64,000 nt of DNA, from contig JAEOTA010000078.1 in assembly GCA_016840085.1 (NCBI GenBank), positions 13,446-77,445 of the forward strand, given 5' to 3'. Shown one piece after another: positions 11,221 through 20,026 of the stretch. Within the stretch, counting starts at the first letter, position 1. Each line of letters opens with the position of its first letter. The DNA comes from Promethearchaeota archaeon (lineage in GTDB: Archaea > Asgardarchaeota > Lokiarchaeia > Sigyniarchaeales > SOKP01). A model generated the notes under the pieces. It was not told the DNA's origin. It worked only from the letters and a program-made list of their open reading frames with translations, and ran no database searches. The position numbers were made by a program, and so were the translations under genes.

Positions 11221-11365
11221 AAACATAATTTTCTATATGATGATATTCCGCAGAAAGGTTATGCTGGTGAAGATTTGTTTTCTGATTACAGGTGTTCCTA
11301 AACTATTTAAGTTGCTAGCTTTAGGGATATTACTTTTAACTTTTGGATCCCCATACTCCTCTAAT

Positions 11366-12217
11366 TCATTCGTCTTTCATTTCATTTAATTTTTTATCTA
11401 TTACTTCTCGCATATATTTGAATCCTGGGGTTAACTTTTCATCTAACTTTGGAATCAATTGTCTTAAAGGAAACTTTAAACCTTGATCCGCCCCTGTTTG
11501 AAATAAATTTTCCAATACATAGAAAATGTAGCTTGCGGGCATTCCAATTCCTAGTTCGTGATCTTGAATTCCAGCAAATGAGCGATCACCCGTGCCAGGG
11601 ATGACAATTTGGGCTTTTCGGGTAATAAACGGCATTAATCCTCCCTTAGCGCAACTTTCTCCGAAACCTTCAAAGGTTGATTGTATTCTATATTTACGTT
11701 TGTGTTCATAATTTAATGCGTTTATAATGTATGTGAGTTTTGGTCCATCACAATAAATCAATATGGAATCTGGAATAACGGGAGTTTCTATTAGCGGAGA
11801 GACAATTATGCCACGATACGCTAACTCTATAATATTTTTAAAGTTATTCGCATATGTATGTTCCGCTCTCCTTTTTTCAGCTTGAGCGTCTTTTGACCAT
11901 TTTTGACGTACTTGAGATTCTGTAAATTCTTCCATCGTGAGAGGAACCCATCCATGCGCGACGGAGGACGGAGTGCAAAAATTGTCCGCTGCTGTGATGC
12001 ATAACTTCTGCCGAAATCTACGAGCATAAGTAAAAGCTTGGCAAATCGACATCTTTTCTCCATTATCTATAGGTCTTCTAACTCCCCGAGGGATATCATT
12101 ATCAAGATCTTTTATATACTTTATCGACACTGGAAAAGAATCAAGATGTAGTTTATGGAATATTTCTTCTCCAGCATTTTGATAATCCTCTAAAGTCTTA
12201 TTTTTACTACTCATCAT
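11366..12217 (-). CDS. DUF169 family protein
   Basis: PVSIKY, SICQAFTYARR, NFC, ESC, PGTGDR. Confidence 0.85.
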   Translation of the reverse strand: MMSSKNKTLEDYQNAGEEIFHKLHLDSFPVSIKYIKDLDNDIPRGVRRPIDNGEKMSICQAFTYARRFRQKLCITAADNFCTPSSVAHGWVPLTMEEFTESQVRQKWSKDAQAEKRRAEHTYANNFKNIIELAYRGIIVSPLIETPVIPDSILIYCDGPKLTYIINALNYEHKRKYRIQSTFEGFGESCAKGGLMPFITRKAQIVIPGTGDRSFAGIQDHELGIGMPASYIFYVLENLFQTGADQGLKFPLRQLIPKLDEKLTPGFKYMREVIDKKLNEMKDE

Positions 12218-12263
12218 ATATTTAACTTCTATTATTCATTTTATTAATGTATTTTCTAATCTC

Positions 12264-13097
12264 TTATTTTTTAATTCTTTTTCTTAAATAATCCCACACT
12301 CCCGGTTCAACAGGATTTTCAAAAATAGTACCTGCTGTTATCGTTGGGTTCGAATGAGGGATTCCAAAGGGTTTAAAGCCCAACCTTTTACCTGCAAGAA
12401 ATAAATTATCAAGTACCATTTCTAATTTGGATTCAGGTATTGAAAAAATCATTTCATGGTCTTGAACTGCAGCTAATGCACGATCTCCCATGCCTGGGGA
12501 AACAACTTGACATTCATTTGTTTTATAAGTTCGGACGATACCTTCCTTACAAGAAGCTTCCATTCCGTTAAAGTGACTTGTAAAGCATTCTCCATTGTAG
12601 GTTGCAGCTAATATGAGATGGGAAAGATTTAAAGGCGAGGTATATATCATTACTACATCGGGGATGACAATTGTCATGTTCAGGGGGGATACCACGAAAC
12701 CTTGAATTTCTCCAAAATCTAAGGTAGCATCTAACTCCCGAGACTTCTTTTCGGCCTCTGCATTTCTCTTGTATCTCGCTTTCCGGTCCCAAGCTTTATA
12801 GACATCGTCTGGATCTGTTGTTTGTTCCAAACCAAAATATTTTATTGATACTGGTTTACAAGCAATATCGTCAGCTTGTAAATAAAAAGAGAATCCTGAG
12901 CGTCTACACCACGTATAAGTCATACAGGCGGGGATATCTCGACCAAATACTTTGTGTGGTCGAAGGGCATTTGATGTAACTTCCTCACCTGGAGGCATCA
13001 TTTTAACCGCAACAGGGTATGTCTTTAGCTTCAATTTGTTAATGAAGTCTTGACCCATTTTTTTATACTTTTCCAATTCTTCCATAATCTTCAACAT
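12264..13097 (-). CDS. DUF169 family protein
   Basis: LKTYPVAVK, ACM, IAC, ASC, PGMGDR. Confidence 0.85.
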   Translation of the reverse strand: MLKIMEELEKYKKMGQDFINKLKLKTYPVAVKMMPPGEEVTSNALRPHKVFGRDIPACMTYTWCRRSGFSFYLQADDIACKPVSIKYFGLEQTTDPDDVYKAWDRKARYKRNAEAEKKSRELDATLDFGEIQGFVVSPLNMTIVIPDVVMIYTSPLNLSHLILAATYNGECFTSHFNGMEASCKEGIVRTYKTNECQVVSPGMGDRALAAVQDHEMIFSIPESKLEMVLDNLFLAGKRLGFKPFGIPHSNPTITAGTIFENPVEPGVWDYLRKRIKK

Positions 13098-13200
13098 ATA
13101 TAGATAGCCACATAGCTGATAAACCTTTCCACATTTCCAGTAAATGGTGCAATTCTTTTAGAAAACCTTAAAAAAAAATGAAGTTCTAAGCCCTATTTAC

Positions 13201-13259
13201 TTTCTAAAAGCTCCATATAATTTAAATCTTCAACATTAAGAACGGCATTTTCTCTAAAC
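13201..13259. repeat. Diverged ~57-bp direct repeat of 11036-11092 (second remnant of the same gene 3' end)
   Basis: tttctaaaagctccatataatttaaatcttc vs tttctaagagctctatacaatttaaatcttc; minus strand encodes VEDLNYMELLE vs IEDLNCIELLE. Confidence 0.65.
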
Positions 13260-13344
13260 ATGTCAACATTTATTATACCTACTAGACATTTCTTTTTCAT
13301 CTTAATAGTTAAAATTTATATCTACTTTTACATTAATTCTTTTT

Positions 13345-13779
13345 ATGTCAGATTTAGAACCTGTAAAATATGAGGACTATAAAATTGGCGATTCTGCAGA
13401 ATTTACTAAAAAGATAACCGAAGAAGATGTTATGAAATTTGCAGAGGTGACAGGAGATTATAATCCTATACATGTTAATCCTGAATTCGCAAAAACTCAG
13501 ATGTTTGGAAAACAAGTTGCGCATGGAGCTTTGAGTTCTGGTTTAATATCAGCAGTTTTGGGTACTAAGCTATTCGGACCAGGTATATTGTATGGAGGTC
13601 AAACGGTTAAATTTGTTAAACCTGTGTTTTTTGGTGATACGTGCACCGCAGTTGCCACAGTAAAAGAAATGTTTACGAAAAAGGAAGGTAAGTTGAAATT
13701 CATCATTTGCGATACCATAGTAAAAAACCAAAATGATGAGGTCGTAACTACCGGAGAAGGAACAATAGTATTTATGTGA
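13345..13779 (+). CDS. MaoC family (R)-specific enoyl-CoA hydratase
   Basis: FAEVTGDYNPIHVN...AHG hydratase-2 motif; FVKPVFFGDT. Confidence 0.92.
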   Translation: MSDLEPVKYEDYKIGDSAEFTKKITEEDVMKFAEVTGDYNPIHVNPEFAKTQMFGKQVAHGALSSGLISAVLGTKLFGPGILYGGQTVKFVKPVFFGDTCTAVATVKEMFTKKEGKLKFIICDTIVKNQNDEVVTTGEGTIVFM

Positions 13780-13871
13780 AATTTATTCTTTTTTTTCTTA
13801 TTTATTTAATGAAACTTTCTACATTTTCCTTGAAATTTTTTCTTTTAAATCTCAATTGATTTATTACTAAA

Positions 13872-13903
13872 AAGTAGAAAAGTATAATAAGTAGAATTTT
13901 CTA
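13872..13903 (+). promoter_or_regulatory. Putative antitoxin operator upstream of vapBC
   Basis: AAGTAGAA/AAGTATAA/AAGTAGAA direct repeats at 13872, 13880 and 13889 plus near-palindrome TAGAATTTTCTA (13892-13903), just before ATG 13914. Confidence 0.4.
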
Positions 13904-13913
13904 ATTAAAATAT

Positions 13914-14180
13914 ATGGCAAATGTAAAATTAAATAATAAAATTCTACTAGAAAAATTACAGGCAGAAATCACCCTTAAATTAGGAAAGAAAATTTCCCAA
14001 CAAGATTTATTAGATAAGAGTATTGAATTTGTATATAAACGGTTTGATGAGTTTGTATCAGAGCATATTGATCATCCCCCAATCACAAATGAATTAATTA
14101 AGAGAATAAAAGAAACTGCAATTGACGCGCCCTTGGAACATCTAGAAAAAACTGATGATGAATTATTATATAGATTATAA
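13914..14180 (+). CDS. Putative antitoxin (VapB-like)
   Basis: 88 aa, directly upstream of a PIN gene; acidic C-terminal DELLY typical of archaeal VapB. Confidence 0.7.
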   Translation: MANVKLNNKILLEKLQAEITLKLGKKISQQDLLDKSIEFVYKRFDEFVSEHIDHPPITNELIKRIKETAIDAPLEHLEKTDDELLYRL

Positions 14181-14207
14181 TCAAAAAAAGCAATTACTGA
14201 AAAAGTT

Positions 14208-14627
14208 ATGACAGTTATAATTGATTCAAATTATTTTTTTGCTTTAAAATCTAGAAGAGATAAAAATCACCAAAGATCGTTAGAATTAATGAATGAACTT
14301 AAAGAAAATTATAATAAACCAATAATAACAAATTATTTAGTGATAAGTGAACTCTTAACGCTGGTTAATTCACGATTTAAAGGGAATGCTTACTATTTAG
14401 ATGAATATTTTAAACTAATTTGGGGTGATGATAATTTTTTTAAGATTGTTCAATTATTACCAGAACAATATAAAGAAAGCTATGAAATGTTAAAAAAATA
14501 TACAAACCCTAAACGATTATTAAGTTTTGTAGATGCTTCTCTAATATTTTTAACTAATAAAGTTAATGCTAGAGCAATATTATCATTTGATAATCATTTC
14601 GATGGTATCATCTCAAGATTATATTAG
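14208..14627 (+). CDS. vapC: PIN-domain toxin (VapC family)
   Basis: IIDSNY, ISE, SFVDAS and SFDNHFD acidic PIN residues. Confidence 0.88.
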   Translation: MTVIIDSNYFFALKSRRDKNHQRSLELMNELKENYNKPIITNYLVISELLTLVNSRFKGNAYYLDEYFKLIWGDDNFFKIVQLLPEQYKESYEMLKKYTNPKRLLSFVDASLIFLTNKVNARAILSFDNHFDGIISRLY

Positions 14628-14639
14628 ATCTTAATAATG

Positions 14640-14978
14640 TTATTTTTTCATGTTTTGAAGATTTTTTAAGGCCTTAGTATAGGATTCATCTTGAGTCGCC
14701 CATTCTTTTAATTTATCGCAAGGAAAATCATGACATTCATAACAATAATTTAGATTCTTATCATTAACACAACACTCTCGAATTCTACATTCAGAACTCC
14801 AACAATTAGCTACATCTCTACAGCCGTTACAACGAAAGTCTTCTACTTTTACATTTTCCCATTTTCCATTAAAAAACTCTACTAATTCATTAGCGATTTT
14901 CAAATCAATTAGTGCTTTAAATATCTTACAATCACTACATATCAATCCACAAGCAGCAATTTTTTTATATTTGCTCAT
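14640..14978 (-). CDS. DUF3795 domain Cys-rich protein
   Basis: ACGLICSDC, CNGCR, CRIRECC, CYECHDFPC. Confidence 0.85.
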   Translation of the reverse strand: MSKYKKIAACGLICSDCKIFKALIDLKIANELVEFFNGKWENVKVEDFRCNGCRDVANCWSSECRIRECCVNDKNLNYCYECHDFPCDKLKEWATQDESYTKALKNLQNMKK

Positions 14979-15104
14979 TAGAAGTTTTAGATTATCAATG
15001 AAGAAATATAAATATCAAAAAATCAAATTAGAATATATCAATAAAATAAATATGGATATAAAACTAAAATTGTTTTTTAAAAGTAAAAAAATGAGCTGAT
15101 TGCT

Positions 15105-15980
15105 ATGTCTGATGATATCATAATAAAGGAAGGACATATATATGGTGGGTGGCGGGAGCCAGAAAATATTTGGAGAAATTTAAAAACTTCTATTCATGAT
15201 GATGGGACAGCACGAAAGGTCGGAATGCGTGGAGGAACAATACCTGGTACAATTCACCTCAGTTTATTTGCACCCGTGATGCTAAAGATTTTTGGAGATC
15301 ATTGGTTTGAAACTGGTTCAGTAAGTATGTACTATACATTTGCTACAACAGATCGAGAAAAAGTACGGGCAGTTGTTACTCAACCACCAAAGGGAGTGGA
15401 TGATGTTCAAGTAGAAGCAAGAGTTGAGATGCCCGATGGAAAAATTGTTGCGAAAGGAACAGTCTCGATAGGAAATCCTAAGGAGCCTTCATATCTACAA
15501 ACCTTAGATCTTAAAAGTAGTGATCCGGAAGAACTTCGCATTCTATCTGGTTTTAAACCGGGATATAAATTTGAACCTCGTGAGGTGTCAACATCACAAG
15601 AAGAAGTGGAAAAAGGACTTGTAGCTATTACAGATCATCTTGAATATTATAAAGGTAATTCCCCATGGGGTTGTGGCATTCTCTCTCCAACTGCGATTAG
15701 CCGTCTTATGGCGTTAGGATATCAATTAACAGCGACAAAAACTCTTAGTGCTGTGGCATTTTATGGAGCTACAGAAGTTCAACATGTAAATGGTCCAGTT
15801 AAAGTTGGAGTACCATACATAGTTAGCGGTGAAATGATATGTGTTGCTATAAGCTCAAAAACAGAATATTTCTGGTATGATGCGATATTAGAAGAAAAAG
15901 AAAGTGGTAAAATAGTAGCCAAGATGCGCCACATGAATCGCTTTATGAAAGCCTCTTCACCATTATATAAAACAAACTAA
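15105..15980 (+). CDS. Uncharacterised double hot-dog-fold-like protein
   Basis: SIHDDGTARKVGMRGGTIPGTIH resembles a MaoC-type motif; second half has GPVKVG hot-dog strand pattern. Confidence 0.55.
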   Translation: MSDDIIIKEGHIYGGWREPENIWRNLKTSIHDDGTARKVGMRGGTIPGTIHLSLFAPVMLKIFGDHWFETGSVSMYYTFATTDREKVRAVVTQPPKGVDDVQVEARVEMPDGKIVAKGTVSIGNPKEPSYLQTLDLKSSDPEELRILSGFKPGYKFEPREVSTSQEEVEKGLVAITDHLEYYKGNSPWGCGILSPTAISRLMALGYQLTATKTLSAVAFYGATEVQHVNGPVKVGVPYIVSGEMICVAISSKTEYFWYDAILEEKESGKIVAKMRHMNRFMKASSPLYKTN

Positions 15981-15991
15981 TTAAATTGTAT

Positions 15992-16525
15992 TTAATACTC
16001 AATCCCATATCGCGCACTTATTCCCTGAGAGGAATAATAATGTTTAATCATTTTCATTTCAGTTACTAAATCTGCTAACTCTTTTATCTTTGGATGCATC
16101 TTTGGACCTCCTGTAAGGATCAATTCTACCTTTTCTGGTTTATTTTTTATAAGTTCCAATACTGGTTCAATAGGTACTACGTTCATCGATATAGCAACAC
16201 CAATTTCATCAAGAATAACAATATCATATTCATCGCTCATGATAATATCTTTAGCAAAAGCAAGAGCTTTCTTTCCCTCATTTATGTCAAATTCTCCTGG
16301 TTCTGCTATAAGATCAGGGCTACCAAATTGTTTTAATTCAAAATAGGGAATGGAATTAATAGCGTTTATTTCTCCATATTTATAATTCCCCTTCATAAAT
16401 TGAATCATGAATACTTTGAAACCATGTCCAGTAGCGCGCACACCCTGACCAATTGCAGCTGTTGTCTTACCCTTGCCGCGCCCAAAATAAACTTGAATTA
16501 AACCTTGCTTTAATCTCTTTCTAAT
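15992..16525 (-). CDS. cobO: Cob(I)yrinic acid a,c-diamide adenosyltransferase (CobO/BtuR)
   Basis: GLIQVYFGRGKGKTTAAIG P-loop upstream of GTG 16441; QFMKG, LDE, ELILTG, ADLVTEM, GIEY; inferred ATT start 16525 behind GAGGT. Confidence 0.92.
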   Translation of the reverse strand: MRKRLKQGLIQVYFGRGKGKTTAAIGQGVRATGHGFKVFMIQFMKGNYKYGEINAINSIPYFELKQFGSPDLIAEPGEFDINEGKKALAFAKDIIMSDEYDIVILDEIGVAISMNVVPIEPVLELIKNKPEKVELILTGGPKMHPKIKELADLVTEMKMIKHYYSSQGISARYGIEY

Positions 16526-16672
16526 GGTGAATTACCTCTATGAGTTTATAATAGTGGATAAACAATTAATAAATTAATAAAGTTAATTAATTTTTTTGAA
16601 GTTAGAATGAGAAAATAAACATTTAATAATTATTTAATTCAACTATTGTTCATTGTTAACCATATAAGATAA

Positions 16673-17806
16673 ATGATTATGTTTTCAACACCTAAAAAAA
16701 TTGGACAATTAAATATTAAGAATAGATTCATAAGATCAGCAACTTATGAAGGAATGGCTACAGAAGAAGGGCAAGTTACTGATAAGCATGTAACACTCTA
16801 TAAAAACTTAGCAGAAGGAGGAGTAGGTTTAATAATAACTGGGTATGCATATGTTCAAAGATCTGGAATTGCTTTTGATAAACAATTAGGTGCTTACAAT
16901 GATGATTTGATACATGGTTTAAGTAAAATTGCTGATATTATACATAAATATGGTGATGATTGTAAAGTTGTGCTCCAATTAGTTCATTGTGGTCGACAAT
17001 CACGTCATTTAGAGATTAGATTAGCACCATCTGCAGTATTGGAGAAATTAACAAAATTTTTACCTAAAGAAATGTCTAAAAAAGAAATTTCCGAAACTAT
17101 TGAAGCTTTTGCTCAAGCTATTAGAAGAGCAAAAGAAGCTGGATTCGATGCAGTTCAGCTTCATGGAGCGCATGGATATTTAATAAGTGAATTTTTTTCT
17201 CCTTATACAAACAAACGAATTGATGAATATGGCGGTAGTATTGATAATAGAACGAGAATTGTAGAAGAAATATATAAAAAAGGTGTAGAATTGGTTGGAG
17301 AAGATTTTCCAATATTGATTAAAATGAATGGTGGTGATTTCTTAGAAGGTGGATTAACAATTGAAGATTCCACTAAAATTGCTAAAAGATTAGCTACAAT
17401 AGGGTTTAAAGCAATTGAGGTAAGTGGAGGCATGTGGGAAGTTGTTTTGCGCAAGAAGAAAGATTTGGGCTGGAAACCCACTTTTATTCCTGAAAGTCGT
17501 ATGCTAATTGGGACCGTTAATGAACCTGCTTATAATTTACCATTTGCAAAAGAAATTAAAAAAGCTATTAATATTCCTGTGATAGTTGTGGGGGGAATAA
17601 ATTCACTCGATATTGTTGAACAGATATTGGAAGAAGGAAGTGCTGATTTTGTTGCATTTTCAAGACCTTTAATTCGAGAACCAGATCTACCAGAAAGATG
17701 GTTAAAAGGTGTTGGTGATCGAAAAGTAGAATGTTTATTCTGTAATAGTTGTTTGTCTAGTCTTATTAGTACAGGACTCCGCTGTGTTAAGAAAGAACAA
17801 AGCTGA
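16673..17806 (+). CDS. NADH:flavin oxidoreductase (Old Yellow Enzyme family) with C-terminal Cys motif
   Basis: KNRFIRSAT, HGAHGYLI, RIDEYGGS, SRPLIREP, CLFCNSC. Confidence 0.92.
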   Translation: MIMFSTPKKIGQLNIKNRFIRSATYEGMATEEGQVTDKHVTLYKNLAEGGVGLIITGYAYVQRSGIAFDKQLGAYNDDLIHGLSKIADIIHKYGDDCKVVLQLVHCGRQSRHLEIRLAPSAVLEKLTKFLPKEMSKKEISETIEAFAQAIRRAKEAGFDAVQLHGAHGYLISEFFSPYTNKRIDEYGGSIDNRTRIVEEIYKKGVELVGEDFPILIKMNGGDFLEGGLTIEDSTKIAKRLATIGFKAIEVSGGMWEVVLRKKKDLGWKPTFIPESRMLIGTVNEPAYNLPFAKEIKKAINIPVIVVGGINSLDIVEQILEEGSADFVAFSRPLIREPDLPERWLKGVGDRKVECLFCNSCLSSLISTGLRCVKKEQS

Positions 17807-17840
17807 TTTGTAATATTTTATTAAAATATAGGTAATTTGT

Positions 17841-18608
17841 ATGGGGAAATGGGAAGATTTAGAAATAAGGTTGAATAAATATTTAAGATTATCTACTTTT
17901 CCAGTAGCAGTTAAGTTAATAGAAGACCTAAAAGATCTGGAAAATGTGAAATTCTTAAAAAAATCTGAGAATAAACTCGCAGTATGCCAGCTTTTTAGTT
18001 ATGCGAGATATTATGGGTGGACTATGGCTTGTGATAAAGAAGATAATTTATGTCCACTTGCTGAGATATCTCTTGGATTTGAAGAATCTAACCGTCTATT
18101 TGAAGAAGGCGCTTATTTCTTAGGAAGATATAATGAAACTAAGGATGCTGCCAAAAAAACAACAGCATCTATGCCAAAAATTCCATTTGGAAAGTATAAT
18201 GGTATTCTTTCGGGCGCGTTTGGTCGTGTAGAATTTGATCCTGACATAATTCTAATATGGGGAAATTCTGCCCAAATCATGAGAATCATTCAGGGATATT
18301 TATGGAAAAGAGGTGGTAGAGTTTCGATGTCTACATTTTGCGACGGAGTGTGTGCAGACACCATTTCAAATGCTATATTAACAGGTGATCTACAAATTGC
18401 TTTTCCTTGTCTTGGTGATCGTAGATTTGGAATGGCATTGGACACGGATTTAATAGCATCAATACCAATGGGTATAGTGAATGAAATTATAGAGGGGATG
18501 GAAAAGACTCATAAAGCTGGAACACGATATCCGATTCCATACCAGATTTCAACGCCTGAATTCTTTTTAAAACTGAAAAAGCAGTTAGATAAAGCTAAAA
18601 AGAATTAA
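17841..18608 (+). CDS. DUF169 family protein
   Basis: LSTFPVAVK, VCQLFSYAR, NLCP, GVC, PCLGDRRFG. Confidence 0.88.
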   Translation: MGKWEDLEIRLNKYLRLSTFPVAVKLIEDLKDLENVKFLKKSENKLAVCQLFSYARYYGWTMACDKEDNLCPLAEISLGFEESNRLFEEGAYFLGRYNETKDAAKKTTASMPKIPFGKYNGILSGAFGRVEFDPDIILIWGNSAQIMRIIQGYLWKRGGRVSMSTFCDGVCADTISNAILTGDLQIAFPCLGDRRFGMALDTDLIASIPMGIVNEIIEGMEKTHKAGTRYPIPYQISTPEFFLKLKKQLDKAKKN

Positions 18609-18682
18609 TTCTTTATATAGGATACATTTTAATTAGAAATTTGGAAAAAAGAATATTTATTACGAAAAAATGGTGCTTTATC

Positions 18683-19972
18683 TTGGTTGATTTAGATAAT
18701 ATAAAAAACATAGCCGTAATTGGAGCAGGTATAATGGGTTCAGGTATCGCTCAGGTTGCTCTTCTAACCGGATATGAGAAAGTAACTGTTATTGATCCTA
18801 ATACTGAAACACTTCATAACTCTAGGAAAATAATTAAAGACCGAATAGAAGCTCTAGAATCTGAAGAAAACTATAAAAGTTTCATTTCCGCATATTATGC
18901 AACTAATGAAATTATGAAGAACATAGATATCAAAAGAGAATTAGACAATTTCGAATCAGTTGGGATTATCGCTCATAATATCGATACAAAAACTATTATA
19001 AACCGATTGAAAACAGAAACAGATCTTTCAAAGGGAGTTGCAGATGCTAATTTTGTGATCGAAGCGGTTCCTGAAAATTTAGAGTTAAAACAAAAAATAT
19101 TCAAGGCTTTAGGAGAATTATCACCACCTTACACAATATTAGCATCAAATACATCATCAATAAGTATAACAAAAATTGCTCAATTTTCAGGACGATCTGA
19201 AAAAGTAATAGGGATGCATTTTCATACCTTTTTTCCAATTTTAGGAATGTTAATTGAAATCACTCCTGGGAAAAATTCCTCAAATGAATCCCTTGAAATA
19301 GGTCGAGCAATTGCACAAAAATTCCCTTGTTTAACTGGTAAAAGATTTACTGTTCAGCTTGAAAAAGAAACAGCGGGATTAATTGCAAATAGAATTTCTA
19401 TACCAGCGCAAATCTACTTTGATTGGCTAATAGATTATGCAACTGATAGTGGTTTTTCTATTGACCAATTAGGTGCTTTAAATATGATATTTGGGTTAGC
19501 CGATGCTATTGGTTTAGATACAATTTATAATATCTTGAGATACTTTGAAAAATATGTTTCACCTGATTTTGCTCCCGGCAAGAATTTAACGAGATTAGTC
19601 GAAGCGGGAATGGTTGGTAAAAAAATTGGGAAGGGTTATATTGAGTGGAATGAGAATGGCTCAATGAAAAAATCTCCTTCATTAGACGAGAAGGCAACTG
19701 AATTTTTAATGCCGCATCTTGATGCAGAAATATTTTCAGCGATTAGTCTAAATGAAGCGTGCAGGTTATTAGAGGAAGGTGTTGTAAAAAGTTATAGATT
19801 AATTGATAAAGTCATTTTTAAAGGAACTTCTATGCCAGGACCTTTTAGAGAAGGAAAGGCAAAATATAAAGAATGGGCTAAAAAACTTTATGATGTGGCT
19901 GAAAAAACAGGGAAATCTTATTTTAAGCCTTGTAATATGATGGAATCAGGAAAGTTTCTATCCCTTAGATAA
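18683..19972 (+). CDS. 3-hydroxyacyl-CoA dehydrogenase family protein
   Basis: GAGIMGSG, EAVPENLELK, ASNTSS, GMHF, duplicated C-terminal domain; TTG 18683 behind TGGTG preferred. Confidence 0.88.
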   Translation: MVDLDNIKNIAVIGAGIMGSGIAQVALLTGYEKVTVIDPNTETLHNSRKIIKDRIEALESEENYKSFISAYYATNEIMKNIDIKRELDNFESVGIIAHNIDTKTIINRLKTETDLSKGVADANFVIEAVPENLELKQKIFKALGELSPPYTILASNTSSISITKIAQFSGRSEKVIGMHFHTFFPILGMLIEITPGKNSSNESLEIGRAIAQKFPCLTGKRFTVQLEKETAGLIANRISIPAQIYFDWLIDYATDSGFSIDQLGALNMIFGLADAIGLDTIYNILRYFEKYVSPDFAPGKNLTRLVEAGMVGKKIGKGYIEWNENGSMKKSPSLDEKATEFLMPHLDAEIFSAISLNEACRLLEEGVVKSYRLIDKVIFKGTSMPGPFREGKAKYKEWAKKLYDVAEKTGKSYFKPCNMMESGKFLSLR

Positions 19973-20026
19973 TTCTTTTCTAAATCAAAGTAGAATTTAA
20001 AAAAATAATTTAAATTAAAACAGGAG

